Part shown: in pieces, positions 1-12,212 of the stretch
Numbering within the stretch: the first letter of the stretch is position 1
Layout of the letters: each line of letters begins with the position of its first letter
Assembly: GCF_044704955.1 (NCBI RefSeq)
Contig: NC_091985.1
Span: forward strand, 225,866,001-225,930,000
Direction: 5' to 3'
Length of the DNA: 64,000 nt
DNA from: Pristiophorus japonicus
Lineage: Eukaryota
The notes under the pieces: model-generated
What the model was told of the DNA's origin: nothing
Seen by the model: only the letters and a program-made list of their open reading frames with translations
Databases searched by the model: none
Made by a program: the position numbers and the translations under genes

Positions 1-2438
1 CGCACGGGGTCGCCTGGAGGAGGAATTCATAGAATGCATACGGGATTGTTTCTTAGAACAGTATGTTACAGAACCTACAAGGGAGAAAGCCATCTTAGAT
101 CTGGTCCTGTGTAATGAGACAGGAAAAATAAACGATCTCCTCGTAAAAGATCCTCTCGGAATGAGTGATCACAATATGGTTGAATTTGTAATACAGATTG
201 AGGATGAGGAAGTTGTGTCAGAAACGAGCGTACTATGCTTAAACAAAGGGGACTACAGTGGGATGAGGGCAGAGTTGGCTAAAGTAGACTGGAAACAAGG
301 ACTAAACGGTGGCACAATTGAGGAACAGTGGAGGACTTTTAAGGAGCTCTTTCATAGTGCGCAACAAAAATATATTCCAGTGAAAAAGAAGGGCAGCAAG
401 AGAAGGGATAACCAGCCGTGGATGACCAAGGAAATAAAGGAAAGTATCAAATCAAAGACCAATGCGTATAAGGTGGCCAAGGTTAGTGGGAAACTAGAGG
501 ATTGGGAAAATTTTAAGCAACAGCAAAGAATGACTAAAAAAGCAATAAAGAAAGGGAAGATAGATTACGAAGGTAAACTTGCGCAAAACATAAAAACAGA
601 TAGTAAAAGCTTTTACAGATATATAAAATGGAAAAGAGTGACTAAAGTAAATGTTGGTCCCTTAGAAGATGAAAAGGGGGATTTAATAATGGGAAATGTG
701 GAAATGGCTGAGACCTTAAACAATTATTTTGCTTCCGTCTTCACAGTGGAAGACACAAAAACCATGGCAGAAATTGCAGACACAGGAATGTGGGAAGGGA
801 GAACCTTGAGACAATCACTATCACTCGGAGGGTCGTGCTGGACAGGCTAATGGAACTCAAGGTAGACAAGTCCCCTGGTCCTGATGAAATGCATACCAGG
901 GTATTAAAAGAGATGGCGGAAGTTATAGCAGATGCATTCGTTATAATCTACCAAAATTCTCTGGACTCTGGGGAGGTACCAGCGGATTGGAAAGCAGCTA
1001 ATGTAATGCCTCTGTTTAAAAAAGGGGGCAGGCAAAAGGCAGGTAACTATAGGCCGGTTAGTTTAACATCTGTAGTGGGGAAAAAGCTTGAAACTATCAT
1101 TAAGGAAGAAATAGCGGGACATCTAGATAGGAATAGTGCAATCAAGCAGACGCAGCATGGATTCATGAAGGGGAAATCATGTTTAACTAATTTACTGGAA
1201 TTCTTTGAGGATATAACGAGCATGGTGGATAGAGGTGTACCGATGGATGTGGTGTATTTAGATTTCCAAAAGGCATTCGATAAGGTGCCACACAAAAGGT
1301 TACTGCAGAAGATAAAGGTACGCGGAGTCAAAGGAAATGTATTAGCATGGATAGAGAATTGGCTGGCGAACAGAAAGCAGAGAGTCGGGATAAATGGGTC
1401 CTTTTCCGGTTGGAAATCAGTGGTTAGTGGTGTGCCACAGGGATCAGTGCTGGGACCACAACTGTTTACAATATACATAGATGACCGAGAAGTGGGGACA
1501 GAGTGTACTGCAACAAAATTTGCAGATGACACTAAGATTAGTGGGAAAGCGGGTTGTGTAGAGGACTCAGAGAGGCTGCAAGGAGATTTAGATAGGTTAA
1601 GCGAATGGGCTAAGGTTTGGCAGATGGAATACAATGTCGGAAAGTGTGGGGAAAAAAAAACAGTAAAAGGGAATATTATTTGAATGGGGAGAAATTACAA
1701 CATGCTGTGGTGCAGAGGGACCTGGGGGTCCTTGTACATGAATCCCAAAAGGTTAGTTTGCAGGTACAGCAGGTAATTAGGAAGGCAAATGGAATGTTGG
1801 CCTTCATTGCGAGAGGGATGGAGTACAAAAGCAGGGAGGTCTTGCTGCAACTGTATAAGGTATTGGTGAGGCCACACCTGGAGTACTGCGTGCAGTTTTG
1901 GTCACCTTACTTAAAGAAGGATATACTAGCTTTGGAAGGGGTACAGAGACGATTCACTAGGCTGATTCCGGAGATGAAGGGATTACCTTATGATGATAGA
2001 TTGAGTAGACTGGGTCTTTACTCGTTGGAGTTCAGAAGGATGAGGGGTGATCTTATAGAAACATTTAAAATAATGAAAAGGATAGACAACATAGAGGCAG
2101 AGAGGTTGTTTCCACTGGTCAGGGAGACTAGAACTAGGTGGCACAGCCTCAAAATATGGAGGAGCCAATTTAAAACCGAGTTGAGAAAGAATTTCTTCTC
2201 CCAGAGGGTTGTGAATCTGTGGAATTCTCTGCCCAAGGAAGCAGTTGAGGCTAGCTCATTGAATGTTTTCAAGTCAAAGATAGATATATTTTTTAACCAA
2301 TAAGGGAATTAAGGGTTACGGGGAGAGGGCGGGTAAGTGGAGCTGAGTCCACGGCCAGATCAGCCATGATCTTATTGAATGGCGGAGCAGGCTCGAGGGG
2401 CTAGATGGCCTACTCCTGTTCCTAATTCTTATGTTCTT
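1..2438 (+). mobile_element. CR1-clade LINE (HER1-like), ORF2 from endonuclease C-terminus through RT, frameshifted, with 3' UTR; runs off the window start
   Basis: ORFs 161-850, 790-1683 and 1617-2303 join into CR1 ORF2 ([52 protein letters not shown]). The 3' end is a CTTATGTT-type tail. Confidence 0.95.
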
Positions 2439-2659
2439 AAAACCATCAGGTGATGAAGTTTAAAAAGACATTCCTGACCAGAGATTGCTGGGTGTTGACA
2501 CTCGGTACTCACTAGGATAGAATGTTCCATTCCCCGGTCACGGACACCCAGCACCTCGATGACAGCAGGAATTCACAGAACAATGGCAATATAACTTAGA
2601 GCAGATAAAGTTAAGTGGAGATGTGATAGAGGTATTCAGAATTATGAGGGGTTTTGATC

Positions 2660-3560
2660 ATTTTTATTTGTATAGCACCTTTAACGTAGTAAAACATTCC
2701 AAGATGCTTCACAGCAGTGTTACAAGTCAAAACAGCTAAGTTTGACACATAGAAAATAGGTGCAGGAGTAGGCCATTCGGCCCTTCGAGCCTGCACCGCC
2801 ATTCAAGGAGTTCATGGCTGAACATGGAACTTCAGTACCCCCTTCCTGCTTTCTCGCCATACCCCTTGATCCCCCCTAGTAGTAAGGACTACATCTAACT
2901 CCCTTTTGAATATATTTAGTGAATTGGCCTCAACAACTTTCTGTGGTAGAGAATTCCACAGGTTCACCACTCTCTGGGTGAAGAAGTTTCTCCTCATCTC
3001 GGTCCTAAATGGCTTACCCCTTATCCTTAAGGCTGTGACACCGAGCCACAAAAGAAGAAATTAAGGCAGGTGGCCAAAAGCTTGGTCAAAGAGGTAGGTT
3101 TTAAGGAGCATTTTAAAAGGAGGAAAGAGAGGTAGAGAGGCGGAGAGGGTTAGGGAGGGAATTCCAGAGTTCGGGGCCCAGGCAGCTGAAGCCATGGTGA
3201 CCGATGGTTGAGCAGTTATAATGAGGGATGTTCAAGAGGGCAGAATTTGAGGAGCGCAGACATCTTATGGGATTGTGAGGCTGAAAAAGATTACAGAGAT
3301 AGGGAGGGGCCAGGCCATCGAGTGATTTGTAAACAAGAATGAGAATTTTGAAATCGAGGCATTTAACCGGGAGCCGATGTAGGTCAGAAAGCGCAGGGGT
3401 GATGGGTGATCAATTAGGACATGGGCAACCGAGTTTTGGATGACCTCAAGTTTACGCAGTGTAGAATGAGAGAGACCAGCCAGGAGTGCGTTGGAGTAGT
3501 CAAGTCCAGCGGTAACAAAGGCCTGAATGAGGGTTCCAGCAGCAGATATTGAGCAAACAA
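2660..3560 (-). mobile_element. L2-clade LINE 3' fragment, interrupted by a CR1 3' fragment (~2747-3035, minus)
   Basis: Tail reads ...GGTGCTATACAAATAAA on the minus strand and is homologous to 11775-12118. The inner piece has the CR1 C-terminus (FFTQRVVNLWNSLP) and a CTATGT tail. Confidence 0.65.
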
Positions 3561-3774
3561 GGAGAAATTGTTGTCACTGACAGGAGGGTCAGTAACAGGA
3601 GGACACAGATTTGGGATAATTGGTAAAATAATCCAGAGGGGGAATGAGGAGACAGTTTTATACTCTGCAAAAGTTTTGTGATCTGGAATGCACTGCCTGA
3701 ATGGGTGGTGGAAGCAGATTCAATAGTCACTTTCACAAGGCAATTGGATATATTGTTGAAAGCAGAAATGTTTT

Positions 3775-4078
3775 GGACTAGGGGGCACAGCCTCAAAATA
3801 CGGGGGAGCCAATTTAAAACCGAGTTGAGAAGGAATTTCTTCTCCCAGAGGGTTGTGAATCTGTGGAATTCTCTGCCCAAGGAAGCAGTTGAGGCTAGCT
3901 CATTGAATGTATTCAAGTGACAGATAGATAGATTTTTAACCAATAAGGGAATTAAGGGTTACGGGGAGCGGGCGGGTAAGTGGAGCTGAGTCCACGGCCA
4001 GATCAGCCATGATCTTGTTAAATGGCGGAGCAGGCTCGAGGGGCTAGATGGCCTACTCCTGTTCCTAATTCTTATGTT
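3775..4078 (+). mobile_element. 5'-truncated CR1 3' end, same subfamily as 1-2438
   Basis: Near-identical to 2130-2436 (TRGHSLKIRGSQFKTELRRNFFSQRVV). Confidence 0.9.
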
Positions 4079-4241
4079 GTGTGTGGAAAGAGCAGGGGAG
4101 TGGGACTAATTGCGTGGCCAGCAGCAGAATGTGCCGAAAGCCATTCTACTGTGCTCTATGATTCCGTAACATCAGCTTCTCTCTGTACGCTAATCCAGCC
4201 CAGTTATTGGGGGCTCTTAAAACTAACAAGCCCCAGTTGCC

Positions 4242-4873
4242 TGTATTAACATGGTCCATTCCTGGATGTGATTAAAGGCATCGGAATCAGTCGGATTGAA
4301 CCACCGCAGTCAAAACATGCACGCTCTGGTGTGTCAGCGGGTGGGATACACCAGGGAGTCCCTTCCCATACACTGAGATTGACTCTCATGATCAGGAGTC
4401 CCAGGGTATCAGGTACCAGATAATCAAGCTCACAAGAACACAAGTTGTCTTTCAAGGCTTTATTAAAAGCGCTCCGTGACACAGATCGGGTGATAATTCC
4501 CTCAGTCTGGAGAATAGAAGTACAGTGGATTCACGCGTGATCTTCTCGAGTCTGTTCCATCTGACAACGGCTTAAGTGGCCTGTTCGTATACACAAGCTT
4601 GGTTACCGCTCAGGAAATGAGATCGTTTGGACCCATCTGTTGACCGCCTCCTGAACACCTGCTAATTGGGGGAATTTAGTCCATCTGTGACCAGACTAAA
4701 ACCACAAGCCCGTCTGGTTATCACACCAATAACCGTGAGGTTATTGTTAGATTCACACCCAGACGTTGGGCCTTTACTTGCCTGGCACTTCATTCCATAA
4801 CACGGGTCCAGGGGCTCAGTAATGGTTCATTCATCAGACAGAGACAAAGTACAACACACTGGTCAGCTTAACA
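4242..4873 (-). mobile_element. LTR-like element, probable solo LTR; left boundary uncertain
   Basis: Begins TGTTAAGC on the minus strand, with TATA-like and AATAAA motifs. A diverged copy lies at 35589-36018 (+). No TSD found. Confidence 0.55.
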
Positions 4874-5298
4874 GAATCTCATCATATTTATGGGGCCATA
4901 AATATAAGATGGTCACTAATAAATCCAGTAGGGAATTCTGGAGAAATGTCTCTACGCAGAGTGGTGAGAACGTGAAACTTGTCACCGCAAGGAGTAGTTG
5001 AGGTGAAAAGCATTGATCCACTTAAGGGGAAACCATGTGGGGGAAAAAGGAATGGGAAGAAATGCTGACAGGGTTAACTGAAGTAGAGTGAAAGGAGGCG
5101 CGTGTGGAACATAAACACCGGCGTGGACCAGTTGGGTCGAATGGCCTGTGTCTGTGCTGTACATTCTATGTAACACCATGAACAGTCAAACAAAGGGAGT
5201 CATCAGTACAACAGTCTTAAAGATTAAACAGCAGTACAAGAAATCATCATTCATCCGTTCTATGTTCATGTTGCCCCAGTTTTCTGCAGGGCCTTCTG

Positions 5299-6762
5299 CT
5301 ACAGAACAGTGTGAACCCGCTGGTGTGATAGCAGGTCGGAGGACCGACCGAATCCCTTCCCACACTCGGAGCAGGTGAACGGTCTCTCCCCAGTGTGCAC
5401 TCGCTGGTGTCCCTTCAGACCCCCGGAGCTTCTGAAGCTCGTCCCACAGTCAGAACACTTGAAGGGTCTCTCGTCAGTGTGGATTCTCTGGTGTGTCAGC
5501 AGGTTGGATGACTGAGTGAATCCCTTCCCACACACAGAGCAGGTGAAGGGTCTCTCCCCGGTGTGCACTCGCTGGTGTCCCTTCAGATCACCGAAGCGTT
5601 TAAAGCTCAACCCACAAACAGAACATGTAAACGGCCTCTCGTCAGTGTGAACTCGCTGGTGTGTCAGCAGGTTGGAGGAGCAAGCAAATCCTTTCCCACA
5701 CACGGAGCAGGTGAACTTTCTCTCCCCAGTGTGAACAAGCTGGTGTCCCTTCAGATCCCGGGAGCTTCTGAAGCTCATCCCACAGTCAGAACACTTGAAG
5801 GGTCTCTCATCAGTGTGAACTCGCTGGTGTGTCAGCAGGTTGGATGACTGAGTGAATCCCTTCCCACACACAGAGCAGGTGAACGGCCTCTTCCCAGTGT
5901 GAACTCGCTGGTGGGTCAGCAGGGTGGATGAATCACTGAATCCCTTCCCACACTCGGAGCAGGTGAACGGCCTCTCCCCAGTGTGAACCCGCTGGTGGGT
6001 CAGCAGGCGGGATGAACAAGTGAATCCCTTCCCGCACTCGGAGCAACTGAACGGCCTCTCCCCAGTGTGAACTCGCTGGTGTCTAATCAGCTCCTGGGAA
6101 CTTTTAAAGCTCTTCCCACAGTCAGAACATTTAAACGGCCTCTCATCAGTGTGAACCCGCTGGTGTGTCAGCAGATTGGAGGAGCAAGCAAATCCTTTCC
6201 CACACACGGAGCAGGTGAACGGCCTCTCCCTAGTGTGCACTCGCTGGTGTCCCTTCAGATCCACAGAGCTTTTAAAGCTCTTCCCACAGTCAGAACATGT
6301 AAACGGTCTCTCGTCAGTGTGAGTTCTCTGGTGTGTGCGTAGGTTAGATGACTGACTGAAACCCTTCCCACATAAGGAGCAGGTGAATGGCTTCTCCCCA
6401 GTGTGAGCTCGCTGATGTGTCCGCAGGCTGGATGAATCACTGAATCCCTTCCCACACTCAGAGCAGATGAATGGCCTCTCCCCAGTGTGCGCTCGCTGGT
6501 GGGTCCGCAGGTTGGATTTCTGAGTGAATCCCTTCCCACACACGGAGCAGGTGAACGGACTGTCCCTGGTCTGACTGCGCCGATGAACTTCCGACACAGA
6601 CGGGGAACTGAATCCCTTCCCGCCGGCCCCACCGTTACCCGGTGTCTCCCCGGTGTGACGGTGCACGTGTCTCGCCGGGTCGGGCGATCGGCTGAATCCG
6701 GGCCCACACACGGAGCACGTGTGCGGTTTGTCCGCGCTGCGATCGCTGCCCTCTCCTTCCAT
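5299..6762 (-). CDS. Tandem C2H2 zinc-finger protein, 487 aa, no KRAB/SCAN/BTB domain visible
   Basis: Uninterrupted ORF from ATG 6762 (the track starts it at TTG 6768). It has 1 N-terminal finger, 1 degenerate finger and 15 contiguous C-X2-C-X12-H-X3-H fingers with TGERP/TDERP linkers. Splice acceptor TTTTACAG at ~6875. Confidence 0.9.
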   Translation of the reverse strand: MEGEGSDRSADKPHTCSVCGPGFSRSPDPARHVHRHTGETPGNGGAGGKGFSSPSVSEVHRRSQTRDSPFTCSVCGKGFTQKSNLRTHQRAHTGERPFICSECGKGFSDSSSLRTHQRAHTGEKPFTCSLCGKGFSQSSNLRTHQRTHTDERPFTCSDCGKSFKSSVDLKGHQRVHTRERPFTCSVCGKGFACSSNLLTHQRVHTDERPFKCSDCGKSFKSSQELIRHQRVHTGERPFSCSECGKGFTCSSRLLTHQRVHTGERPFTCSECGKGFSDSSTLLTHQRVHTGKRPFTCSVCGKGFTQSSNLLTHQRVHTDERPFKCSDCGMSFRSSRDLKGHQLVHTGERKFTCSVCGKGFACSSNLLTHQRVHTDERPFTCSVCGLSFKRFGDLKGHQRVHTGERPFTCSVCGKGFTQSSNLLTHQRIHTDERPFKCSDCGTSFRSSGGLKGHQRVHTGERPFTCSECGKGFGRSSDLLSHQRVHTVL

Positions 6763-7227
6763 GTGCAAAGGCCGATGGTATTCCGGCCCTGATGAATCGA
6801 GCGACTCTTGTCAGACTCTTGACGTGATGTTTGGGTCTGAGCTTCCCGTCTGCAAATGCTCCACTTCTGACGCCCTGTAAAACGAGTTTAGAAAGGGGTA
6901 AGAGGGAGAATGTTGTCTCATGTTCCCCTTTTCCCAGCCCAGGGGCAGTGAAGCTGATTTTCAGGCCCAACTACTGCACAGGTTGGTTGAAAGGACCAAC
7001 CGTAATGGCGTCTGCAATACCCGCAAAGCCCCCGCGCTCCAACCGCCGCACTAAGTTGTCGCTGACACCGCGCATGCGTCACATGGCCCCGCCCTCTCCT
7101 GCTCCACAGACACCCGGCTCCACCGGTCCGCACTGCGCATGCTCAGGACACACACCCTGGGTCCTGTCAATCATCCCTGCGCCTGCGCACTGGGCCCAAG
7201 CTACAGGCTCTCGCACAGGGCTTTCTT

Positions 7228-7740
7228 TGCGACCCCGAGCTTCCGGTCACCTGTCACTTTAATTCTCTGCCGCATTCCCACTCTGACCTCTCTGTCCTTG
7301 GCCTCTTGCACTGATCCAATGAAGCTTGATGTCAGCTGGAGGAACGGCACCTCATCTTTCAATGGAGGTACTCCCCAGCCTTCGGGACTCAACATCGAGC
7401 TCAACAAGTTCCAATAATGACCTCTGCCTCAATTTTTTCCTGACGGCACCTGTTGACGACTCTGCCATTCCCATTTCCAACATTTAATTCCTCCCGCCTT
7501 CCAACCCATCGCAGCATTTCCAGCATGACAAATAGAAAACGCTGGAAATGCTCAGCAGGCCAAGCACCCGCTGTGGAGAGCGAAACAGAGTTAATGGTTC
7601 AGCTCTGTGACCTTTCATCAGAACTGGAAAACGTTAAGAGATGTAACAGATTTCAACCAGGCACAGAGGCAGGGAAAGAGGGGAGGGGAGGAAAGAACAA
7701 AAGGTACGGTCTGTGATCGGGTGAAAGGCAGGAGCGGTTA
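7228..7740. mobile_element. Penelope-like element fragments: GIY-YIG C-terminus (+) and terminal-repeat piece (-)
   Basis: Homologous to 9640-10055. Translates to ELPVTCHFNS and QPSGLNIELNKF. Confidence 0.6.
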
Positions 7741-7744
7741 AATG

Positions 7745-8770
7745 CTTTTTAATCTCTCTCCTAGCTCCCTAAAAGCTGCCTATAGGACCTCATCCCTCTT
7801 TCTGCCTATGTCATTGGTACCAATATTCATAGCTAGGGGATTTGAGTGTAGGAGCAGGGAGGTCTTACTGCAGTTGTACAGGGCCTCGGTGAGACCGCAC
7901 CTGGAATATTGTGTTCAGTTTTGATCTCCTAATCTGAGGAAGGACGTTCTTGCTATTGAGGGAGTGCAGCGAAGGTTCACCAGACTGATTCCTGGGATGG
8001 CTCGACTGACATACGAGGAGAGACTGGATCAACTGGGCCTTTATACACTGGAGTTTAGAAGGATGACAGAGGATCTCATAGAAACGTATAAGATTCTGAT
8101 GGGACTGGACAGGTTAGATGCAGGAAGAATGTTCCCGCTGTTGGGGAAGTCCAGAACCAGGGGATACAGTCTTAGGATAAGGGGTAGGCCACTTAGGACT
8201 GAGATGAGGAGAAACTTCTTCACTCAGAGAGTTGTTGATTCCAGTTCATTGGATATATTCAAGAGGGAGTTAGATATGGCCCTTACGGCTAAAGGGATCA
8301 AGGGGTATGGAGAGAAAGCAGGAAAGGGGTACTGAGGTGAATGATCAGCCATGATCTTATTGAATGGTGGTGCAGGCTCGAAGGGCCGAATGGCCTACTC
8401 CTGCACCTATTTTCTATGTTTAATATGGTCCACGACTTCTAGCCTATATGGTTCACCCTGCCCCCTCAGAATGTTCTGCAGCCACTCAGTGACCATGACA
8501 CCAGGGAGACAACATACCATCCTGGAGTCAGATCTGTGGCTGCAGAAACACCTGCATGCTCCCCCAACTATCGAATCCCCTACCACTATTGCTCTCCCAG
8601 TCTTTACCCCCCCCTCCCCCCAAACACCGCCCCCTCGTACAGCTGAGCCATCCGTGGTAGCGCGGACTTGGTTCTGGCTGCACTCCCCTGAAGAACAGAA
8701 TACTGGTCGGAGAGCGAGATGGACTCCTGCACTACCTGACTAGTTCTCCTTTTCTGTCTGGCAGTCACTC
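7745..8770 (-). mobile_element. CR1 ORF1 (SGNH esterase) fragment, split by a CR1 3' insertion at ~7828-8420 (+) flanked by AATAT duplication
   Basis: Homologous to 23430-23870 (GDSIV, IGTNDIG). The insert carries the RT C-terminus and a CTATGTTT tail, with AATAT on both sides. Confidence 0.8.
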
Positions 8771-9143
8771 ATTTCCACTCCAGGGACTACAACATATAAA
8801 TCTATGTTGACACTCCAGAGCAATGCTGCACGGTCGGAGGTGCTTTTTTTCGGACGAGACATTAAACTTTCAGGTGGACGTAAAAAGATCCATGGCACTA
8901 TTTCGAAGAAGAGCAGGGGAGTTATCCCCAGTGTTCTGGCCAATATTTATCTCTCAATCAACATAACAAAAACAGATTATCTGGCTATTATCACATTGAT
9001 TGTGGGAGCTTGCTGTGCGCAAATTGGCTGCCACATTTCCCACATTACAACAGTGACTACACTTCAAAAGTACTTAATTGGATGTAAAGCGCTTTGAGAT
9101 ATCCGGTGATCGTGAAAGGCGTTATATAAGTCTTTATTTTTTT
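8765..9143 (+). mobile_element. Deu-domain SINE (SacSINE1-like)
   Basis: Core GATTATCTGG.TATTATCACATTG.TG..TGTGGGAGCTTGCTGTGCGCAAATTGGCTGCC and tail AAAGCGCTTTGAG...GTGAAAGGCG.TATATAA. A second copy lies at 57812-58163. Confidence 0.75.
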
Positions 9144-9159
9144 CTGACTACGCACCTTC

Positions 9160-10055
9160 AATACTGTGCTCCCGATATAACTTTTTTCCTCAACCGAGGA
9201 TTCCCATCTACCGTGGTGAACATGGCCCTCAATCTTGTCCATTCCATATCCCGCCCCTTCCCCCTCCCTCCCAGAACCATGACAGGGTTACCCTCGTTCT
9301 CACCTTTCACCCCATCAGCCTCCACATTCTCGGCCATTTCCGTCACTCCCAGTGTGATCCCACCACCAAACACATCTTCCCCTCCCCTCCCCGCATTCCG
9401 AAGGGACCACTCCATCCACGACACCCTGGTCCACTCCTCAGCACCTTCCCGTGCAAGCGCAGGAGATGCAACACCTGCCCTTTCACCTCCTCCCTTTCCA
9501 CCATCCAGGGCCCCAAACACTCCTTCCAGGTGAAACAACAATTTCGTTATACTGTATTCACTGCTCACGATGGAGAGACCAAATGCAGATTGAGCGATCG
9601 CTTTGCGAAACGACTCCCTTCAGTCCGTAAGGATGACTCCGAGCTTCCGGTCATGTGTCACTTTAATTCTCAGCCCGACTCTTACCTCGGTATCCTACAC
9701 TGTTCCTCGCGCTTACGTGGAGTTTCACTGGAACACTTTGCAGCCTTCCGGACTCAACATCGAGTTCAACAATTTCACACCATAACCTCTGCCCCTATTG
9801 TTTCACATGGCAGCTGTTGGTGATTCGTCCATTCCCATTTGAATATTTAAGCACTCCTGCCTTCCACCGGATCACAGGCCGTCCCTTTTGTTCTTTCCTC
9901 CCCCCCCCCCCACCTTTCCCTACTTCTGCACCTGGTTAAAATCTGTTACAGCTCTAACTTTTCCAGTTCTGACCAAGGATTCCAGACCTGAAACATTAAT
10001 TCTGTTTCTCTATCCACAGAGACTGCCTGACCTGCTGAGCATTTTCTGTGTTTAA
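9160..10055 (+). mobile_element. Penelope-like retroelement 3' part (GIY-YIG endonuclease remnant and terminal repeat)
   Basis: GETKCRLSDRFAKRLPSVR, ELPVMCHFNS and LQPSGLNIEFNNF are typical of PLE GIY-YIG C-termini. Confidence 0.7.
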
Positions 10056-10128
10056 TGCTGAAATTACTGTCACAGGGTGGAGGATAGGGAGAGATTAAAT
10101 GCTGCAAATTGGAATGGCAGAATCACCA

Positions 10129-10377
10129 ACTGGGCCCTGTCGATCATCCTCCACTGCGCCTGCGCACTGGGCCCTGTCGATCATCCTCCACTGCGCCTGC
10201 GCACTGGGCCCTGTCGATCATCTGCGCCTGCGCACTGGGCCCTGTCGATCATCCACCACTGCGCCTGCGCACTAGGGCCTGTCTAACGTCCTCCACTGCG
10301 CCTGCGCACTGGGTCCTGTCAATTATCCTCCACTGCGCACTGAGCCCCGTCAATCACCCGCCACTGCGCTTGCGCAC
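10129..10377. repeat. ~37-bp tandem repeat, 7 units, carrying NRF1-type TGCGCCTGCGCA motifs
   Basis: Unit ACTGGGCCCTGTCGATCATCCTCCACTGCGCCTGCGC read directly from the sequence. Confidence 0.9.
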
Positions 10378-10519
10378 AGACCCCTGAGCTGCAGGTTGCC
10401 GCGCGGGGCTTTCTGAGTAAAGTCGGTGTTAGTTAAGAGCCACAACCAGTGAGGGGAAAGTGAGTTTTCCCCGAGATCCGATTAAGGTCGGGGGGGGAGA
10501 GAGAGAGAGAATAAAGGGA

Positions 10520-11000
10520 AATCCAAACCTGAGATTCCGTCCATCCGGGCTCCGCGCGGAGCTGGTTCAGTTTGGCGGAGCGCTCGAGGGACACGTGACC
10601 CAGGCCCACAGCCTGATTGACGGGAGCTTCCGACCAATGGGAGGAGAGCGGGGCGGGGCGGGGGCGTTTCTAACCAATGGGAAAAGGGCGGGGCGCGGCT
10701 GGGAGTTTCCGAACAATGGGGAGCGAGCGGGGCGGGGCTGGAGGAGTTTCCGACCAATGGGGAAAGAGCAGGGCGGGGCTGGAGGTGTTTACGAACAATG
10801 GGGAGCGAGCGGGGCGGGAGGAGTTTCCGACCAATGGGGAAAGAGCGGGGCGGGGCTGGAGGTATTTCCGAACAATGGGGAGCGAGCGGGGCGGGGCTGG
10901 AGGCCCTTCCGACCAATGGGGAGCGAGAGCGCGGGAACAGTGGGCGACGCGCCCTGGAACGTGATAGCGTCATGAAAGTTGCAGCGGTCATGACGTCTAT
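10520..11000 (-). promoter_or_regulatory. CpG-rich promoter and first exon of the 5299-6762 zinc-finger gene, with 8 x ~40-bp CCAAT/GC-box repeat
   Basis: GGGCGGGG and CCAAT/ACAAT in each unit (10630-10940). E-box CACGTGAC at ~10592. Putative donor CAG|GTTTGG at ~10527. Homologous to 33600-33870, which lies just upstream of the paralogue. Confidence 0.7.
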
Positions 11001-11532
11001 GCATCTTGTTTCTCCTGTGTGAGGGAAGCTGGGGGTCAAGGTTGACTGACATTCTGTGCTGACCCTTGACCTCCCTCGCTGCTGCTCCCCAGTGCAGACC
11101 AGGAAAGGTTGCACATTCCAGCTGCACACTGCGGGGGCAGTCATCTGATTCCAGCCTGGGCTGCTGTTGGGGAGACTGCAGTTAACTTCAGTGCCCTTTG
11201 CTCCTGATCACTGTCCAGTCACGCCAGCAGCAAAGTCCAAGTCTGCAAAGCAAGCTTTTATTTGGACTGTGATTTCCCCCAAGGCTGCCAACGGTCACTG
11301 CAAACCCTCACACACTGGTCCTTCGGAGGGCCACTAGAAGGCAACCAATGATTGTGTGCAACCCCTCACAATAGAGGATCTGTTGATAGGGTGGGAGGAG
11401 GGTCGTGTGGAGTATAAACCCCGACATGGACCAGTTGAGCTGAATGGCCTGTTTCTGTGCTGTACATTCTATGTAATACCATGAAAAGTCAAATCAAGGA
11501 AATCAGCAACAACAAAAACAAAAGCTTGTATT

Positions 11533-12118
11533 TACCCAGAGAGTGGTGAACCTGTGGAATTCTCTACCACAGAAAGTTGTTGAGGCCAATTCACTAAATA
11601 TATTCAAAAAGGAGTTAGATGTAGTCTTTACTACTAGGGGGATCAAGGGGTATGGCGAGAAAGCAGGAATGGGATACTGAAGTTGCATGTTCAGCCATGA
11701 ACTCATTGAATGGCGGTGCAGGCTCGAAGGGCCGACTGGCCTACTCCTGCACCTATTTTCTATGTTTCTATGTTATATAGCGTTGTTAACATGTAAAACA
11801 TCCCAAGGCATTTCACAGGAGTATTATCGAACAAAAACTACACACCAAGCCACATAAGGAGATATTAGGACAGGTGACCAAAAGCTTGGTCAAAGACGTA
11901 GGTTTTAAGGAGCGTGTTAAAAGGAGGAATGAGCGGTTGAGAAGTTTAGGGAGCGGGTTCCGGAGTTTGGGGCCCTGCTCAAGAATGCAGAATTAGAGGA
12001 GTGCAGATATCTCGGGGGTTGTGGAACTGGAGGACATTACAGAGATAGTGAGGGGTGAGGTTGAGAATTTTGAAATCGAGGCGTTGCTTAACCAGGAAGC
12101 GTGTAGGTCAGCGAGCAC
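11533..12118. mobile_element. CR1 3' end (+, 11533-11773) abutting an L2-clade fragment (-, 11775-12118), both inside a zinc-finger 3' UTR
   Basis: CR1 tail CTATGTTTCTATG. The flanks rejoin into sequence homologous to 5100-5300. Confidence 0.75.
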
Positions 12119-12212
12119 AACAGTTTGAAAGAGATTAAACAGCAGTACAACATTTATAAAACATTCATCCATTCTACAATCATGGTGCCCCAGCGATCTG
12201 CAGGCCCCTGCG

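Noticed and set aside
1047-1634. Antisense ORFs over CR1 and zinc-finger sequence (also 20626, 21184, 52135, 34140)
   Set aside because: Shadow frames that recur with the repeat family and have no independent support.
10129-10940. Regular short repeats that might suggest a CRISPR array
   Set aside because: They are head-to-tail units with no unique spacers, there are no cas genes, and the context is vertebrate.
10460-11144. Several 100-220 aa Gly/Pro/Arg-rich ORFs
   Set aside because: GC-rich promoter repeat is open in many frames on both strands and shows no domain signal.
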